Part shown: positions 8,952-18,448 of the stretch, piece by piece
Layout of the letters: each line of letters opens with the position of its first letter
How positions within the stretch are numbered: position 1 is the stretch's first letter
Source: an uncultured Candidatus Saccharibacteria bacterium
Lineage (GTDB): Bacteria > Patescibacteriota > Saccharimonadia > Saccharimonadales > 2-12-FULL-41-12
Length of the DNA: 64,000 bases
Reading direction: 5' to 3'
Assembly (NCBI GenBank): GCA_964521095.1
Contig: CAZFPJ010000001.1
Location: forward strand, 132,149 to 196,148
The notes under the pieces: model-generated
What the model saw: only the letters and a program-made list of their open reading frames with translations
Database searches by the model: none
Told to the model about the DNA's origin: nothing
Program-made: the position numbers and the translations under genes

Positions 8952-8996
8952 AAGTATCGTTTTGAATTCCAAAGGTCAAGAAGGGAAACTACAGCC

Positions 8997-10022
8997 ATGT
9001 CGAAAAAACTAAAATGCCCAAAATGCCACAGTAAATACAAGAAGATAGTTGTTCAAATTGTAGACGACAGGACTATGGCCGTTTGCCAAAATTGCGGGGA
9101 CACATTTGATGTAACTGACAGGAACCAACCAGAAAGCCAGTTGCGACGGGATAAACATACAGTTCAGAAGGATAAAAACATAACCAATCGAGAAAGGATT
9201 GTGGCCTTCTCGAAAACATCCTTTGGAATTATATTGAGTTTCGTCTTATTTCCGCCATTGGGTGCAATATTGTGGTTCAGATACAAAGCAAAGCCAAACA
9301 AAAAAACCAAAGCCCTCGTGTCTAGTGTTGTCTTTATATTCTGGATAGTACTAATTGCCTCAGCTCAAAGTGGTTACAAGGCTAGTTTCGATATAGATGG
9401 AAATAAAGTAGAAATTTCATGTTCAAAATTATGTTCGCGTTTTGACAGCTATGGTGACAAAGATACCTTAAGGCATCTCGCTATCCTGGGTGTAACGAGT
9501 GTAGACTCAATGCCAAGCGACAGAAACGGAGACAGTGTTGACCTAACGGTTGATAAAGGGGCCAAGGGAGGTATTGGTTTAAGATTGAATTATAAAGATA
9601 ATAAATTAATAAGTATTGTAAATATTGAACATCCCACTATCATCTACTACTCTACCGATCAAACGATAAAGACACAAGACTACCCTAGCAGTGATGAGAT
9701 TATTAGGCTAAGATCCGAGATTGACAAGAAAAAAGCCCAGGAAGAACAATCCAGAAAAGAAGCAGAGGCAAGAGTGCCGTCTGACACAGACACCAGTGAA
9801 CTCTGCAAAAAACAGTTCAACCAGGATTATCCGTACAAGGGCAGTAAAGTTCATTCTATAATGGGAGTAATAGCAAATAATAAACGCTTTGATGACTCTC
9901 GCTTTTATAAAGTTGAGGTGACTATAGAAAATGCTTACGGCGCCAGCAGAAAATCTGTTATGGAATGTACAGTTCAAAAGTCTGGTGACAGCCTTCAGAT
10001 AACATCATTCTTTGTGTACTAA
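8997..10022 (+). CDS. hypothetical zinc-ribbon/transmembrane protein
   Basis: 341 aa. The N-terminus has CPKCHS...CQNCGD (a C-x2-C...C-x2-C ribbon), followed by two TM helices and an uncharacterised ~200 aa C-terminal domain. Confidence 0.4.
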   Translation: MSKKLKCPKCHSKYKKIVVQIVDDRTMAVCQNCGDTFDVTDRNQPESQLRRDKHTVQKDKNITNRERIVAFSKTSFGIILSFVLFPPLGAILWFRYKAKPNKKTKALVSSVVFIFWIVLIASAQSGYKASFDIDGNKVEISCSKLCSRFDSYGDKDTLRHLAILGVTSVDSMPSDRNGDSVDLTVDKGAKGGIGLRLNYKDNKLISIVNIEHPTIIYYSTDQTIKTQDYPSSDEIIRLRSEIDKKKAQEEQSRKEAEARVPSDTDTSELCKKQFNQDYPYKGSKVHSIMGVIANNKRFDDSRFYKVEVTIENAYGASRKSVMECTVQKSGDSLQITSFFVY

Positions 10023-10140
10023 ATATACTTCAACCTTGAGTGCGCATTCGGGGTGAGAACTGCCGGTGGCAGTTCGCAAGGAAACCTTCCGATGAAAGCT
10101 ATGCTTTCAATAGCGAAGTTTCGGGCCTGCCGAAGGTAGG

Positions 10141-10162
10141 TCGAATCCCTCCATCCCAGCCA
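10141..10162 (+). repeat. direct repeat of the tRNA-Gln 3' end (att-like island boundary)
   Basis: 22/22 match to 5822-5843. There is no 5' half of a tRNA upstream of it. Confidence 0.75.
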
Positions 10163-10419
10163 GTATTTTCCTCAAAGCCCTTGTGGGCACCAAGCCATAG
10201 CTAAGGATACTTACTCTGTGAGTGTTACCGTAAGTATTTTGATTAGAATCACAGGGTTAATAAAGCTATACTTAAGTTAATGAGCAAAGCATGGACAGAA
10301 TAGCTAACTACCCAAAATATGCTCGTCAGTTTTGTGGATCAACTAGAAAACTCCCAACAGCGCGCTAGAAAATCCTGCCCATAGGCTATAATAAAAGCAT
10401 AAGTAGAGTTTTTGTATTT

Positions 10420-11259
10420 ATGCAGGTTATAGAGCCAAAGAAAAGACCAAAAAGCAAAAGATCGATCGGTAAGCCGTTTTATGTGCTGGCCTTTGTCGCA
10501 ATTATTGGGGCAGGGGGTTACCTGGGCTACACAAAGCTACCTAGCGAAAAAACTCCTGAAAAGAGCCAAACTGTGCAGAATAATGCAGTTGTGCAGTCGC
10601 CACCAAAACAAGGAGTTTTAAAGACTTATACGGGTGAGGAGTTTAAAAACCTTTATAACTCTATTGCCTACCCAAATACCCGCGAAATTAGCGAAGAAAC
10701 ACCGATAACCGGCAACCCTGATGCCGATGCGCATATCCGTAAACTTGCCGTAGCCAGGGGGTATTTACCAAGAAGCGCACCAGTATCGGACACCTTTGTT
10801 AGCGTAGACCGTGTCCACAAACTGCAAGAGCGGGCTTCTCAGCCCTGGCTGGATATGAGGCAAACAGCCCGGAACGAGGGCTACATGCTGGGGCTAACTG
10901 CCGGATACCGCTCGGCGGACGACCAAAAAACAATCTTTTTGAACCGTCTTGCGGGGTTAAGCCCTGTAATGATTGCCAATGGAGCTGGCGATGTGCAGAT
11001 AAACCAAGTACTGCGCTCTACCGCATTGCCGGGCTATTCGAGACACCATACAGGCTATACCATTGATATCGCTTGCGAAAACGACCCATACCCCGTCTTT
11101 GAAAAATCCAAATGCTTTACCTGGCTGTCTGCCAATAACTACGAAAATGCCAAAAAATTTGGCTGGATACCTAGCTATCCTGATGGCGCTGGCCCACAGG
11201 GGCCCGACCCAGAGTCTTGGGAGTATGTTTGGGTAGGGAAGGATATACTGACAAAATGA
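10420..11259 (+). CDS. D-alanyl-D-alanine carboxypeptidase (VanY/peptidase M15B-like), membrane anchored
   Basis: It has an N-terminal TM segment, and GYSRHHTGYTIDIA matches the VanY S-x-H-x-x-G-x-A-x-D zinc site. Confidence 0.6.
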   Translation: MQVIEPKKRPKSKRSIGKPFYVLAFVAIIGAGGYLGYTKLPSEKTPEKSQTVQNNAVVQSPPKQGVLKTYTGEEFKNLYNSIAYPNTREISEETPITGNPDADAHIRKLAVARGYLPRSAPVSDTFVSVDRVHKLQERASQPWLDMRQTARNEGYMLGLTAGYRSADDQKTIFLNRLAGLSPVMIANGAGDVQINQVLRSTALPGYSRHHTGYTIDIACENDPYPVFEKSKCFTWLSANNYENAKKFGWIPSYPDGAGPQGPDPESWEYVWVGKDILTK

Positions 11260-11639
11260 TCCGCGTATCGGACAAAGAATTTGACGACATGGTTGCAGAG
11301 AGCTTTTCTGCTATATCAAAATTACACCTAGACAACCTAGAAAATGTAGCCATAGTGGTCGAGGATCATCCGACCGCCGAGCAAGAGAAAAAACTAGGTT
11401 TGCGATGCAACCAACTGCTGTTTGGGCTGTTTGAGGGCGTTCCTAGGCCTCAAAAGGGTTCGGGCGGTGTTGTGACTATGCCAGACAAGATTACTCTGTT
11501 TAAGGGCTCTCTTTTGCGTGGGAGCAACAACAAGCTAAAACTACGCAACAATGTCCGCAACACCTTGTGGCATGAGATTGGGCATTATTATGGGCTCAAT
11601 CATACCCAGATTCATAAACTCGAGCACAAACACCACTAA
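11256..11639 (+). CDS. zincin-like metallopeptidase (DUF1025-type)
   Basis: MIRVSDKEFDDMVAE...NVAIVVEDHP...HEIGHYYGLNH has an HExxH near the C-terminus. Its start overlaps the upstream stop (ATGA). Confidence 0.5.
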   Translation: MIRVSDKEFDDMVAESFSAISKLHLDNLENVAIVVEDHPTAEQEKKLGLRCNQLLFGLFEGVPRPQKGSGGVVTMPDKITLFKGSLLRGSNNKLKLRNNVRNTLWHEIGHYYGLNHTQIHKLEHKHH

Positions 11640-11704
11640 AATTTAGTGGCAGAGCTATCGTGGTAATGCTATAGTTATAGCTAAGGTTAAACATTGGGAA
11701 ATCT

Positions 11705-12634
11705 TTGAACAAGAGACATAAGTTTTTGGCAATTGCATTTAGTCTTGGCGCCATCTTGGCGCTGTTTGTGGTACTACTAAAAGACAAGAATTTTGCTGTT
11801 TTAAATCCAGCTGGACACATCGCCAGCAGACAACTAGATTTACTAATATTTACTGCTCTGTTGTCGCTTGTGGTGGTCGTGCCGGTGTTTGCGCTAACTA
11901 TATTTATTGTCAAAAAATACCGAGCAGATAACGAGGCCGAGCACCAGCCGGACTGGGATAGCAACAATTGGCTAGAACTACTTTGGTGGGGGATACCCAT
12001 TGCCTTGATACTGATTTTGTCTGTAGTGACATGGAATTCTACCCATGAACTAGACCCTCGAAAAGGTATCGCATCGGACAAAAAAACGCTGACCGTACAA
12101 GTTGTAGCTATGGAGTGGAAATGGCTATTTATCTACCCTGACAAAAATATAGCCACTGTAAACCACCTTCAGATACCAGAAAATACACCCGTAGAGTTTC
12201 AGATTACCTCTGATTCTGCCATGAATTCGTTTTGGATCCCAAACTTGGGCGGGCAAATATATGCCATGACCGGTATGTCTTCCAAGCTAAACCTTATTGC
12301 CGACAAGCAAGGAACCTATGAAGGAGTGTCATCTAACATTAGCGGAGAAGGCTTTTCTGGTATGAAGTTCCAGACAAAAGTAACCAGCGAAGCAGATTTT
12401 TTGAAGTGGCAAGATTCGCTTAAACAATCTGACAATACACTAAACCAGCTCGAGTACGCCAAGCTAAGCCAACCCAGCAAAAATGTCGCCCCACTATTTT
12501 TCTACGGCGTTCAGGACAATCTGTATAATACAATCATCATGAAGTATACCGAGGCGCCTGGAGCAAAAAAGGATAAAGCCGAAAACAAAATGCCAAACAT
12601 GGACGAGATGAACCATTATGGAGGGCACCACTAG
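11705..12634 (+). CDS. cyoA: cytochrome o (bo3) ubiquinol oxidase subunit II
   Basis: Two N-terminal TM helices plus a cupredoxin-fold domain without CuA ligands (TSDSAMNSFWIPNLGGQIYAMTGM...GEGFSGMKF). It is the first gene of the cyo operon. Confidence 0.75.
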   Translation: MNKRHKFLAIAFSLGAILALFVVLLKDKNFAVLNPAGHIASRQLDLLIFTALLSLVVVVPVFALTIFIVKKYRADNEAEHQPDWDSNNWLELLWWGIPIALILILSVVTWNSTHELDPRKGIASDKKTLTVQVVAMEWKWLFIYPDKNIATVNHLQIPENTPVEFQITSDSAMNSFWIPNLGGQIYAMTGMSSKLNLIADKQGTYEGVSSNISGEGFSGMKFQTKVTSEADFLKWQDSLKQSDNTLNQLEYAKLSQPSKNVAPLFFYGVQDNLYNTIIMKYTEAPGAKKDKAENKMPNMDEMNHYGGHH

Positions 12635-14593
12635 ATGACAAGCTTTTTTAGCTTTTTAGCTTTTAAAGACCCGATTTTGCTGGGTGGACAACTGAGTGTG
12701 TTGTTTGGCGCGCTTACTGTGCTTGCTTTGCTAACTTACTTTAAGCGCTGGCGCTGGCTATGGACAGAATGGCTAACCACACTAGACCACAAGCGCATAG
12801 GTATCATGTACCTAACTGTGGCGACTATTATGCTCTTGCGAGGCTTTGGCGACGCCGTTTTGATGCGCGTGCAACAGGCGCTGGCTAGCGGAGATTCTAC
12901 CGGCATACTGCATGCGGATCACTTTCAACAGATATTTACCGCTCATGGCACCATAATGATATTTTTTGTCGCCATGGGGCTGATGTTTGGCATCATAAAC
13001 CTCGTGCTACCCCTGCAACTAGGGGCTAGAGATGTGGCTTTTCCTTTCTTGAATGCTACGAGTTTTTGGCTTTATGCATCCGGCGCAATCCTGATTAATT
13101 TGTCCCTGTTGGTAGGAGGGGAGTTTGCGGCGACAGGCTGGCTGGCTTATCCACCGTTATCTGGCCTAGAGTTTAGTCCGGGGCCAGGAGTTGACTACTG
13201 GATTTGGAGTGTCCAAATAGCCGGAGTTGGAAGTCTGCTGTCTGGCATAAACTTTATGATTACCGTCCTCAAAATGCGCGCACCTGGCATGACCTTGATG
13301 AAAATGCCGATGTTCCCCTGGAGTGTTTTTGCCAGCATGATTTTGGTGGTCTTTACCTTTCCAATCTTGACTGTGACTTTGGCTCTATTGTCGCTAGACC
13401 GCACCATTGGTACGCACTTCTTTACAACCGACCTAGGTGGTAACGCCATGATGTACATTAACCTTATTTGGGCATGGGGGCACCCCGAGGTATATATTTT
13501 GGTATTGCCAGCTTTTGGAATTTTGTCGGAAATAGTGCCAACCTTTTCCAAAAAACGCCTCTTTGGGTACACATCTATGGTTGTGGCACTAATGTCTATC
13601 TCTATATTGTCCTACCTGGTCTGGTTACATCACTTCTTTACCATGGGGGCGGGCGCCAATGTCAACGCATTTTTTGGCATCATGACTATGGTTATAGCTA
13701 TCCCGACGGGGGTAAAAGTCTTTAACTGGTTGTTTACCATGTACAAAGGACGGATCCGCCTAGCTAGCCCGATGGTGTGGTTTTTGGGATTCGTATTTAC
13801 CTTTACAATTGGTGGCGTAACTGGGGTTATGCTGGCCGTTCCACCAATAGATTTTCAGGTGCACAACAGCCTGTTTTTGGTAGCACACTTTCATAACATG
13901 ATTATTGGCGGAGTAGTGTTTGGCTATTTTGCTGGCATAGTCTACTGGTGGCCAAAAATCTTTGGCTTTACCTTGCACGAGAAGCTTGGCAAACTAGCGG
14001 CAAAACTATGGGTACTTGGTTTTGCTGTAGCATTTATTCCTTTATACATTTTGGGATTTATGGGAGCAACCAGGCGCCTAGAACATTATGATGCATCACT
14101 AGGGTGGCAAGGATTGTTTATAGTAGCAGGCGTAGGAGCTGGGATTATTGGGGCTGGCGTTTTGGTGCAAATAATACAAATAATTGTTAGTGTCTTCTTG
14201 CGCAAGTACAACCGAGACACTACTGGCGACCCATGGGATGGCCGAACCCTAGAATGGTCAATTCCATCACCGGCTCCGGTTTATAACTTTGCTCATATAC
14301 CTGTTGTGTCGAAGCGCGATCAGTTCTGGGAGACAAAACTCAGCAAAACTAAGAACGACCAGCCATACAGAGCCATCCAGCTACCAAAAAACAGTCCTTT
14401 TGGAATGTACATAGGCATCTACGCCTTTTTGGCTGGCTTTGCTGTAATATGGCACGTTCCATTGGCCGTATTGCTAGGGGTTGTTGGGATTATCTCGTGC
14501 CTAGTTATCCGTTCGCTAGATGACGAGACCGAATACACCATACCTGCCTCGAAGGTAAAAAAGATCGAAGAAACTGCGAGGGCCAAAGCATGA
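12635..14593 (+). CDS. cyoB: cytochrome o ubiquinol oxidase subunit I (heme-copper oxidase)
   Basis: 652 aa and polytopic, with [13 protein letters not shown] and the WAWGHPEVY / HHFFTMG / [13 protein letters not shown] histidine ligand motifs. Confidence 0.9.
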   Translation: MTSFFSFLAFKDPILLGGQLSVLFGALTVLALLTYFKRWRWLWTEWLTTLDHKRIGIMYLTVATIMLLRGFGDAVLMRVQQALASGDSTGILHADHFQQIFTAHGTIMIFFVAMGLMFGIINLVLPLQLGARDVAFPFLNATSFWLYASGAILINLSLLVGGEFAATGWLAYPPLSGLEFSPGPGVDYWIWSVQIAGVGSLLSGINFMITVLKMRAPGMTLMKMPMFPWSVFASMILVVFTFPILTVTLALLSLDRTIGTHFFTTDLGGNAMMYINLIWAWGHPEVYILVLPAFGILSEIVPTFSKKRLFGYTSMVVALMSISILSYLVWLHHFFTMGAGANVNAFFGIMTMVIAIPTGVKVFNWLFTMYKGRIRLASPMVWFLGFVFTFTIGGVTGVMLAVPPIDFQVHNSLFLVAHFHNMIIGGVVFGYFAGIVYWWPKIFGFTLHEKLGKLAAKLWVLGFAVAFIPLYILGFMGATRRLEHYDASLGWQGLFIVAGVGAGIIGAGVLVQIIQIIVSVFLRKYNRDTTGDPWDGRTLEWSIPSPAPVYNFAHIPVVSKRDQFWETKLSKTKNDQPYRAIQLPKNSPFGMYIGIYAFLAGFAVIWHVPLAVLLGVVGIISCLVIRSLDDETEYTIPASKVKKIEETARAKA

Positions 14594-15180
14594 GTAAAGT
14601 TGCACCAGCACACAAAGCTTCGCACGACGAATCCAAAACTACCCTAGGTTTTTGGATATACCTCATGACAGACTGCGTCATGTTTGCCACACTCTTTGCC
14701 GTCTTTGCAGTTTTACAAAACGCTACCTTTGGCTCGGCTAGTGGTAGTGAACTATTTAGCCTAAACTATGTATTTTTGGAAACTGTCATCTTGCTGACCA
14801 GTAGTTTTACTGCTGGGCTTGCCGTACTAATGATGCAACGACGACAAAAAAACCATACTATGGCTTTGTTGGGTGTAACATTTTTGCTTGGACTAGCTTT
14901 TGTCGGCCTAGAAGTTCACGAGTTTGTAAGCTTTGTTAACGAAGGCAGTAGTTGGCGGGAAAGCGCTTACTTATCTTCGTTTTTCACCCTTGTAGGGACA
15001 CACGGTTTGCACATTACCGCAGGACTAATCTGGCTAAGCGCCCTCATGGCCCAATTGTGGAGAAGAGGTTTCACCCGAGTAACTACCCGACGGGTAGGAC
15101 TATTTAGTCTGTTTTGGCACTTCTTGGACATCATCTGGATTTTTATATTTACTTTTGTTTACCTGAGGGGGTCGCTCTAG
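14590..15180 (+). CDS. cyoC: cytochrome o ubiquinol oxidase subunit III
   Basis: 196 aa and five TM helices, with a start/stop overlap with cyoB (ATGA). Confidence 0.8.
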   Translation: MSKVAPAHKASHDESKTTLGFWIYLMTDCVMFATLFAVFAVLQNATFGSASGSELFSLNYVFLETVILLTSSFTAGLAVLMMQRRQKNHTMALLGVTFLLGLAFVGLEVHEFVSFVNEGSSWRESAYLSSFFTLVGTHGLHITAGLIWLSALMAQLWRRGFTRVTTRRVGLFSLFWHFLDIIWIFIFTFVYLRGSL

Positions 15181-15567
15181 ATGGAACACGGTAAAGTAAA
15201 AATGAAATCCTATGTAATTGGCTATGCCTTATCGCTACTTTTGACTGTGGGGGCTTTTGGTATAACGATCAAGCACATAGATTCTAATGGTCAATTCTTA
15301 TCAGCAGGACAGATTGCTACCTACCTAATTGTGTTCGCACTTTGCCAACTAATAGTACAGCTAGTCTTTTTCTTGCACCTGGGCCGAGAGTCTAAACCAA
15401 GATGGAACCTGATGGTGTTCTTATTTATGATCTTTATGACTTTGGTGCTGGTGGTTGGCTCGCTATGGATTATGGCCAACTTAGAGTATCAACACGATGG
15501 CCACCAGCCCACCAAAGACTCTCCAGCCCGAATAATAGAAGATGAGGGAATGGGACACCATCACTAA
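15181..15567 (+). CDS. cyoD: cytochrome o ubiquinol oxidase subunit IV
   Basis: 128 aa and three TM helices, in the expected position. Confidence 0.6.
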   Translation: MEHGKVKMKSYVIGYALSLLLTVGAFGITIKHIDSNGQFLSAGQIATYLIVFALCQLIVQLVFFLHLGRESKPRWNLMVFLFMIFMTLVLVVGSLWIMANLEYQHDGHQPTKDSPARIIEDEGMGHHH

Positions 15568-16412
15568 TGCTTGGTGCCTACTACAAACTCATAAAACCTG
15601 GTATAGTCGGCGCCAATGTCATGACCGCTGTCGCAGGTTTTTTGTTTGCCTCTGTTAGTCCTTTTAACTGGCTAGCTTTTGCCGGTATGACAATTGGTAC
15701 GACACTGATACTGGCTTCTGGAACTATAGCCAACAACTATATAGACCGGTCTATAGACAGCAAGATGAAGCGCACAAAGAGTCGGGCCCTAGTAACCGGG
15801 CAGATCTCTTCGCTACATGCCTTGCTCGCCTCGATACTGATGGGCTTTGGTGGACTAGCTTTGCTAATTTTGTGCACCAATACACTGACTGTGATGGTTG
15901 GTGCTTTTGGGTTTGTTAGCTATGTAGGCATATACGGATACGCAAAACGAAAGTCTTATCTTGGTACGGCTGTGGGAACCTTGCCGGGGGCATCGTCTAT
16001 GGTTGCCGGATATGTAGCGACGACGAATTCATTTAACCAAACTACGCTAGCGCTATTCTTGATTATGGCAGTCTGGCAGATGGCACATTTTTATGCTATA
16101 GCTATCTTTAGAAAAGACGAATATAAATCTGCTGGAATACCTGTAATATCTGTAAAAAAGGGCGTTCCGACTACCAAAAACCACATAATTTTCTATACGA
16201 TATTATTTATTCCTAGCATTGTAGTGCTAAAGATAGTATCAGACCTAAGCGTAGTAGCCTATTTGGCTCTGATAGCTCTAGGCTTTTGGTGGCTCAAGGT
16301 AACTCTATCCGACAGAAGCCACCCCAAATGGGCTCAAAAGGCTTTTGGCAGTTCGCTAACGGTACTAATAGCTTTTTCGATCATCATATCAATAGACGGC
16401 CTGATCCGCTAA
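15567..16412 (+). CDS. cyoE: protoheme IX farnesyltransferase (heme O synthase)
   Basis: UbiA-family polytopic protein with a NYIDRSIDSKMKRT-type motif. It ends the cyo operon. Confidence 0.8.
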   Translation: MLGAYYKLIKPGIVGANVMTAVAGFLFASVSPFNWLAFAGMTIGTTLILASGTIANNYIDRSIDSKMKRTKSRALVTGQISSLHALLASILMGFGGLALLILCTNTLTVMVGAFGFVSYVGIYGYAKRKSYLGTAVGTLPGASSMVAGYVATTNSFNQTTLALFLIMAVWQMAHFYAIAIFRKDEYKSAGIPVISVKKGVPTTKNHIIFYTILFIPSIVVLKIVSDLSVVAYLALIALGFWWLKVTLSDRSHPKWAQKAFGSSLTVLIAFSIIISIDGLIR

Positions 16413-17233
16413 TTTATGCCTCTTGCTGTATCACATATTTTTTTAGACATTGCACTGCTGATGTCGTGAGAAGATCGTACTTCGTGCAAATGCACATTTT
16501 TATTGGCTCGAGCAAACATCTTGAGGTTGGCAGTATTCATTAACGGATCGGCCTTGCCATATACGATGTCTACCGGGATTGTGATAGATCTCGCTATGTC
16601 TCCAAGCGATGGAGCCTCGATAGTATTCCGTAGACTCTGAGCGAAAGGGTACCAACTGTCTTTATTTAGATTATATAGCGTTCTGTCCCTCTTTATCATC
16701 TGAAGAAACTGAGCGCCACCAATGGTCAGGTTTGGCCACCTTAAAAGTTGATCATAGATATACAACAAAGTTTTATCAGAGATAGTTGCTCTCCATCCGC
16801 TAGCCTTGCTATCGAATTGATTATTTTTGTAAAAGGGAAGACTGCACAGGATAATATGATTTACGCTACTCCCGTAAGTACTGGCGTAGTGCATTGCTAG
16901 AACAGCCCCCATAGAATGTCCTACTAATATGAAAGGTGTGTCTATCTTCTGTTTGGTTAAAGAATAATGAATGCTACGAATATGATCCTGGGGGTCATAG
17001 TCTATATAGTCTGGCTTTGGAGATTGACCAAAACCCAACAGGTCTAAGGCAACCACTCTAAAGTCAGCCTTTAGCTCACCTACAACCTCAGTCCAGTTGC
17101 CTGAATCTGTATTTAAACCATGGAACAACACTATGACGGGCTTTTTTCTAGACCCATAAGTAGAGACATGTAGTTTATATGGCAAGTTTAAGACTCTATG
17201 AAGCCAGAACTTTGCTCTTTGTAGGTTAACCAT
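16409..17233 (-). CDS. alpha/beta hydrolase
   Basis: VLFHGLNTDSGNW ... LVGHSMGAVLA (G-x-S-x-G). Confidence 0.55.
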   Translation of the reverse strand: MVNLQRAKFWLHRVLNLPYKLHVSTYGSRKKPVIVLFHGLNTDSGNWTEVVGELKADFRVVALDLLGFGQSPKPDYIDYDPQDHIRSIHYSLTKQKIDTPFILVGHSMGAVLAMHYASTYGSSVNHIILCSLPFYKNNQFDSKASGWRATISDKTLLYIYDQLLRWPNLTIGGAQFLQMIKRDRTLYNLNKDSWYPFAQSLRNTIEAPSLGDIARSITIPVDIVYGKADPLMNTANLKMFARANKNVHLHEVRSSHDISSAMSKKICDTARGIN

Positions 17234-17292
17234 CTTCTTATTATATGTTAATTGACAACGCCGTGATGCTTATGTTTGAATATTCGTAGTAT

Positions 17293-17838
17293 ATGGCCAA
17301 AACAAACTTACTTAGTAACAGATTGGTGCGGACCACAAAGATACACTTTGTTTTTGTGGCATTACTGATTGCCCAGATAATCGTCTATGACGCCTCCAAA
17401 CTAATCCCACCAGAGACGGTTATGAAACGGTGGATGATATCTGCAGGCTTACTTGCAGTTACTGCGGTCATCTGGTACCTAGCAAAAAACAAGAGTACTT
17501 CGGAGTTCTACGACAAAATACTGTTATTTTTGTTGGTGACAACAGATATAGCTATCGTGTCGTATCTTATTTACGGCTCGCGTGGCATGGCCAGCAGGGC
17601 AGTAGCGCTGTATGCTATACCAATATTGGTTTCAGCCATTGCCCTAAAACGGACTGCTGTTTACGCCACAGCTGTTTTGTGTATCGCGGCCTATACCACA
17701 ACTGCTGTTAGCTATTTTGTTATGAATTTTAACGAGGGATATAAAGTAGAACTATACGGAGAGATTGGATTTTACTCTGTTGTCATGCTGGTAGTTGCAG
17801 GATTAACCACCACACTCATTACCAACAACAGGAAGTAG
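17293..17838 (+). CDS. hypothetical membrane protein
   Basis: 181 aa with about five hydrophobic helices and no recognisable motif. Confidence 0.35.
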   Translation: MAKTNLLSNRLVRTTKIHFVFVALLIAQIIVYDASKLIPPETVMKRWMISAGLLAVTAVIWYLAKNKSTSEFYDKILLFLLVTTDIAIVSYLIYGSRGMASRAVALYAIPILVSAIALKRTAVYATAVLCIAAYTTTAVSYFVMNFNEGYKVELYGEIGFYSVVMLVVAGLTTTLITNNRK

Positions 17839-17889
17839 ATTGCATCGGTTTTTTAGTAAGTGCTTGTGGTTTGATATTTGTAATATCCG

Positions 17890-18423
17890 TTGTATTATGT
17901 GCCCATGACTAATCACGGAGAGACATTGCGTCCAAACTGGAATATTATATCGGGTGAACACCCCGAATCTGTGCAGGCTGTTGCCGAAACTCTGGAAGAG
18001 ATGAGTTTTAAGGTAATATCTAGCGACCCAAATGATTGGTTAAATTTTTATAGTGACCTCGAAGCAAAAGAAGTCGGACTAACTATTCCTGTGTTTTTTG
18101 ACAGATCAGTTGAAGATCGGAGGTTGCACAGAGACAACTTTCGCATAGATATTGAACGAATTACTCTGCGAGCGATTAATCAGTACAAATGGCGTAATGT
18201 ATTCCTGATAGATGAGTATCCTGTGGAATCAAACGAAACAGAAGGTATGCCTCAATTATCGGAAACAAAAAAACTAGCTCGAGAATACAGTGACTGCGAT
18301 ATCCCGACGCATATCATTTTACCCCGTCACCACAAAGAACAGGCAAAAAGTATAATAAAGCGCATAGACGGATCGATCATCGCGCCACATTTTATGGATG
18401 ATGACATGCCCCACATGGGCTAA
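17890..18423 (+). CDS. hypothetical protein
   Basis: 177 aa intact ORF with no recognisable motif. Confidence 0.3.
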   Translation: MYYVPMTNHGETLRPNWNIISGEHPESVQAVAETLEEMSFKVISSDPNDWLNFYSDLEAKEVGLTIPVFFDRSVEDRRLHRDNFRIDIERITLRAINQYKWRNVFLIDEYPVESNETEGMPQLSETKKLAREYSDCDIPTHIILPRHHKEQAKSIIKRIDGSIIAPHFMDDDMPHMG

Positions 18424-18448
18424 CCTGCTGTAGTTTTTAGCAAACAAT

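Larger units (their letters stand above)
5844..10162. mobile_element. integrated element(s) at the tRNA-Gln 3' end: serine-recombinase module plus cargo, bounded by a direct repeat of the tRNA 3' end
   Basis: The tRNA 3' end TCGAATCCCTCCATCCCAGCCA (5822-5843) is repeated at 10141-10162. The intervening 4.3 kb holds the recombinase, two inverted-repeat pairs, the TM/HEPN-like pair and a zinc-ribbon membrane protein. AGCCA recurs at 5839, 8948 and 10158, and inverted (TGGCT) at 7726. Confidence 0.55.

Noticed and set aside
10023-10140. Possible structured RNA between the zinc-ribbon gene and the tRNA 3' repeat (hairpin GAACTGCC-GGT-GGCAGTTC)
   Set aside because: There is a single short hairpin with no covariation evidence available. 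It is more simply an att-flanking spacer or terminator.
11596-12081. 161-aa minus-strand ORF antisense to cyoA
   Set aside because: It is entirely inside a well-supported conserved gene on the opposite strand and is a typical shadow ORF.
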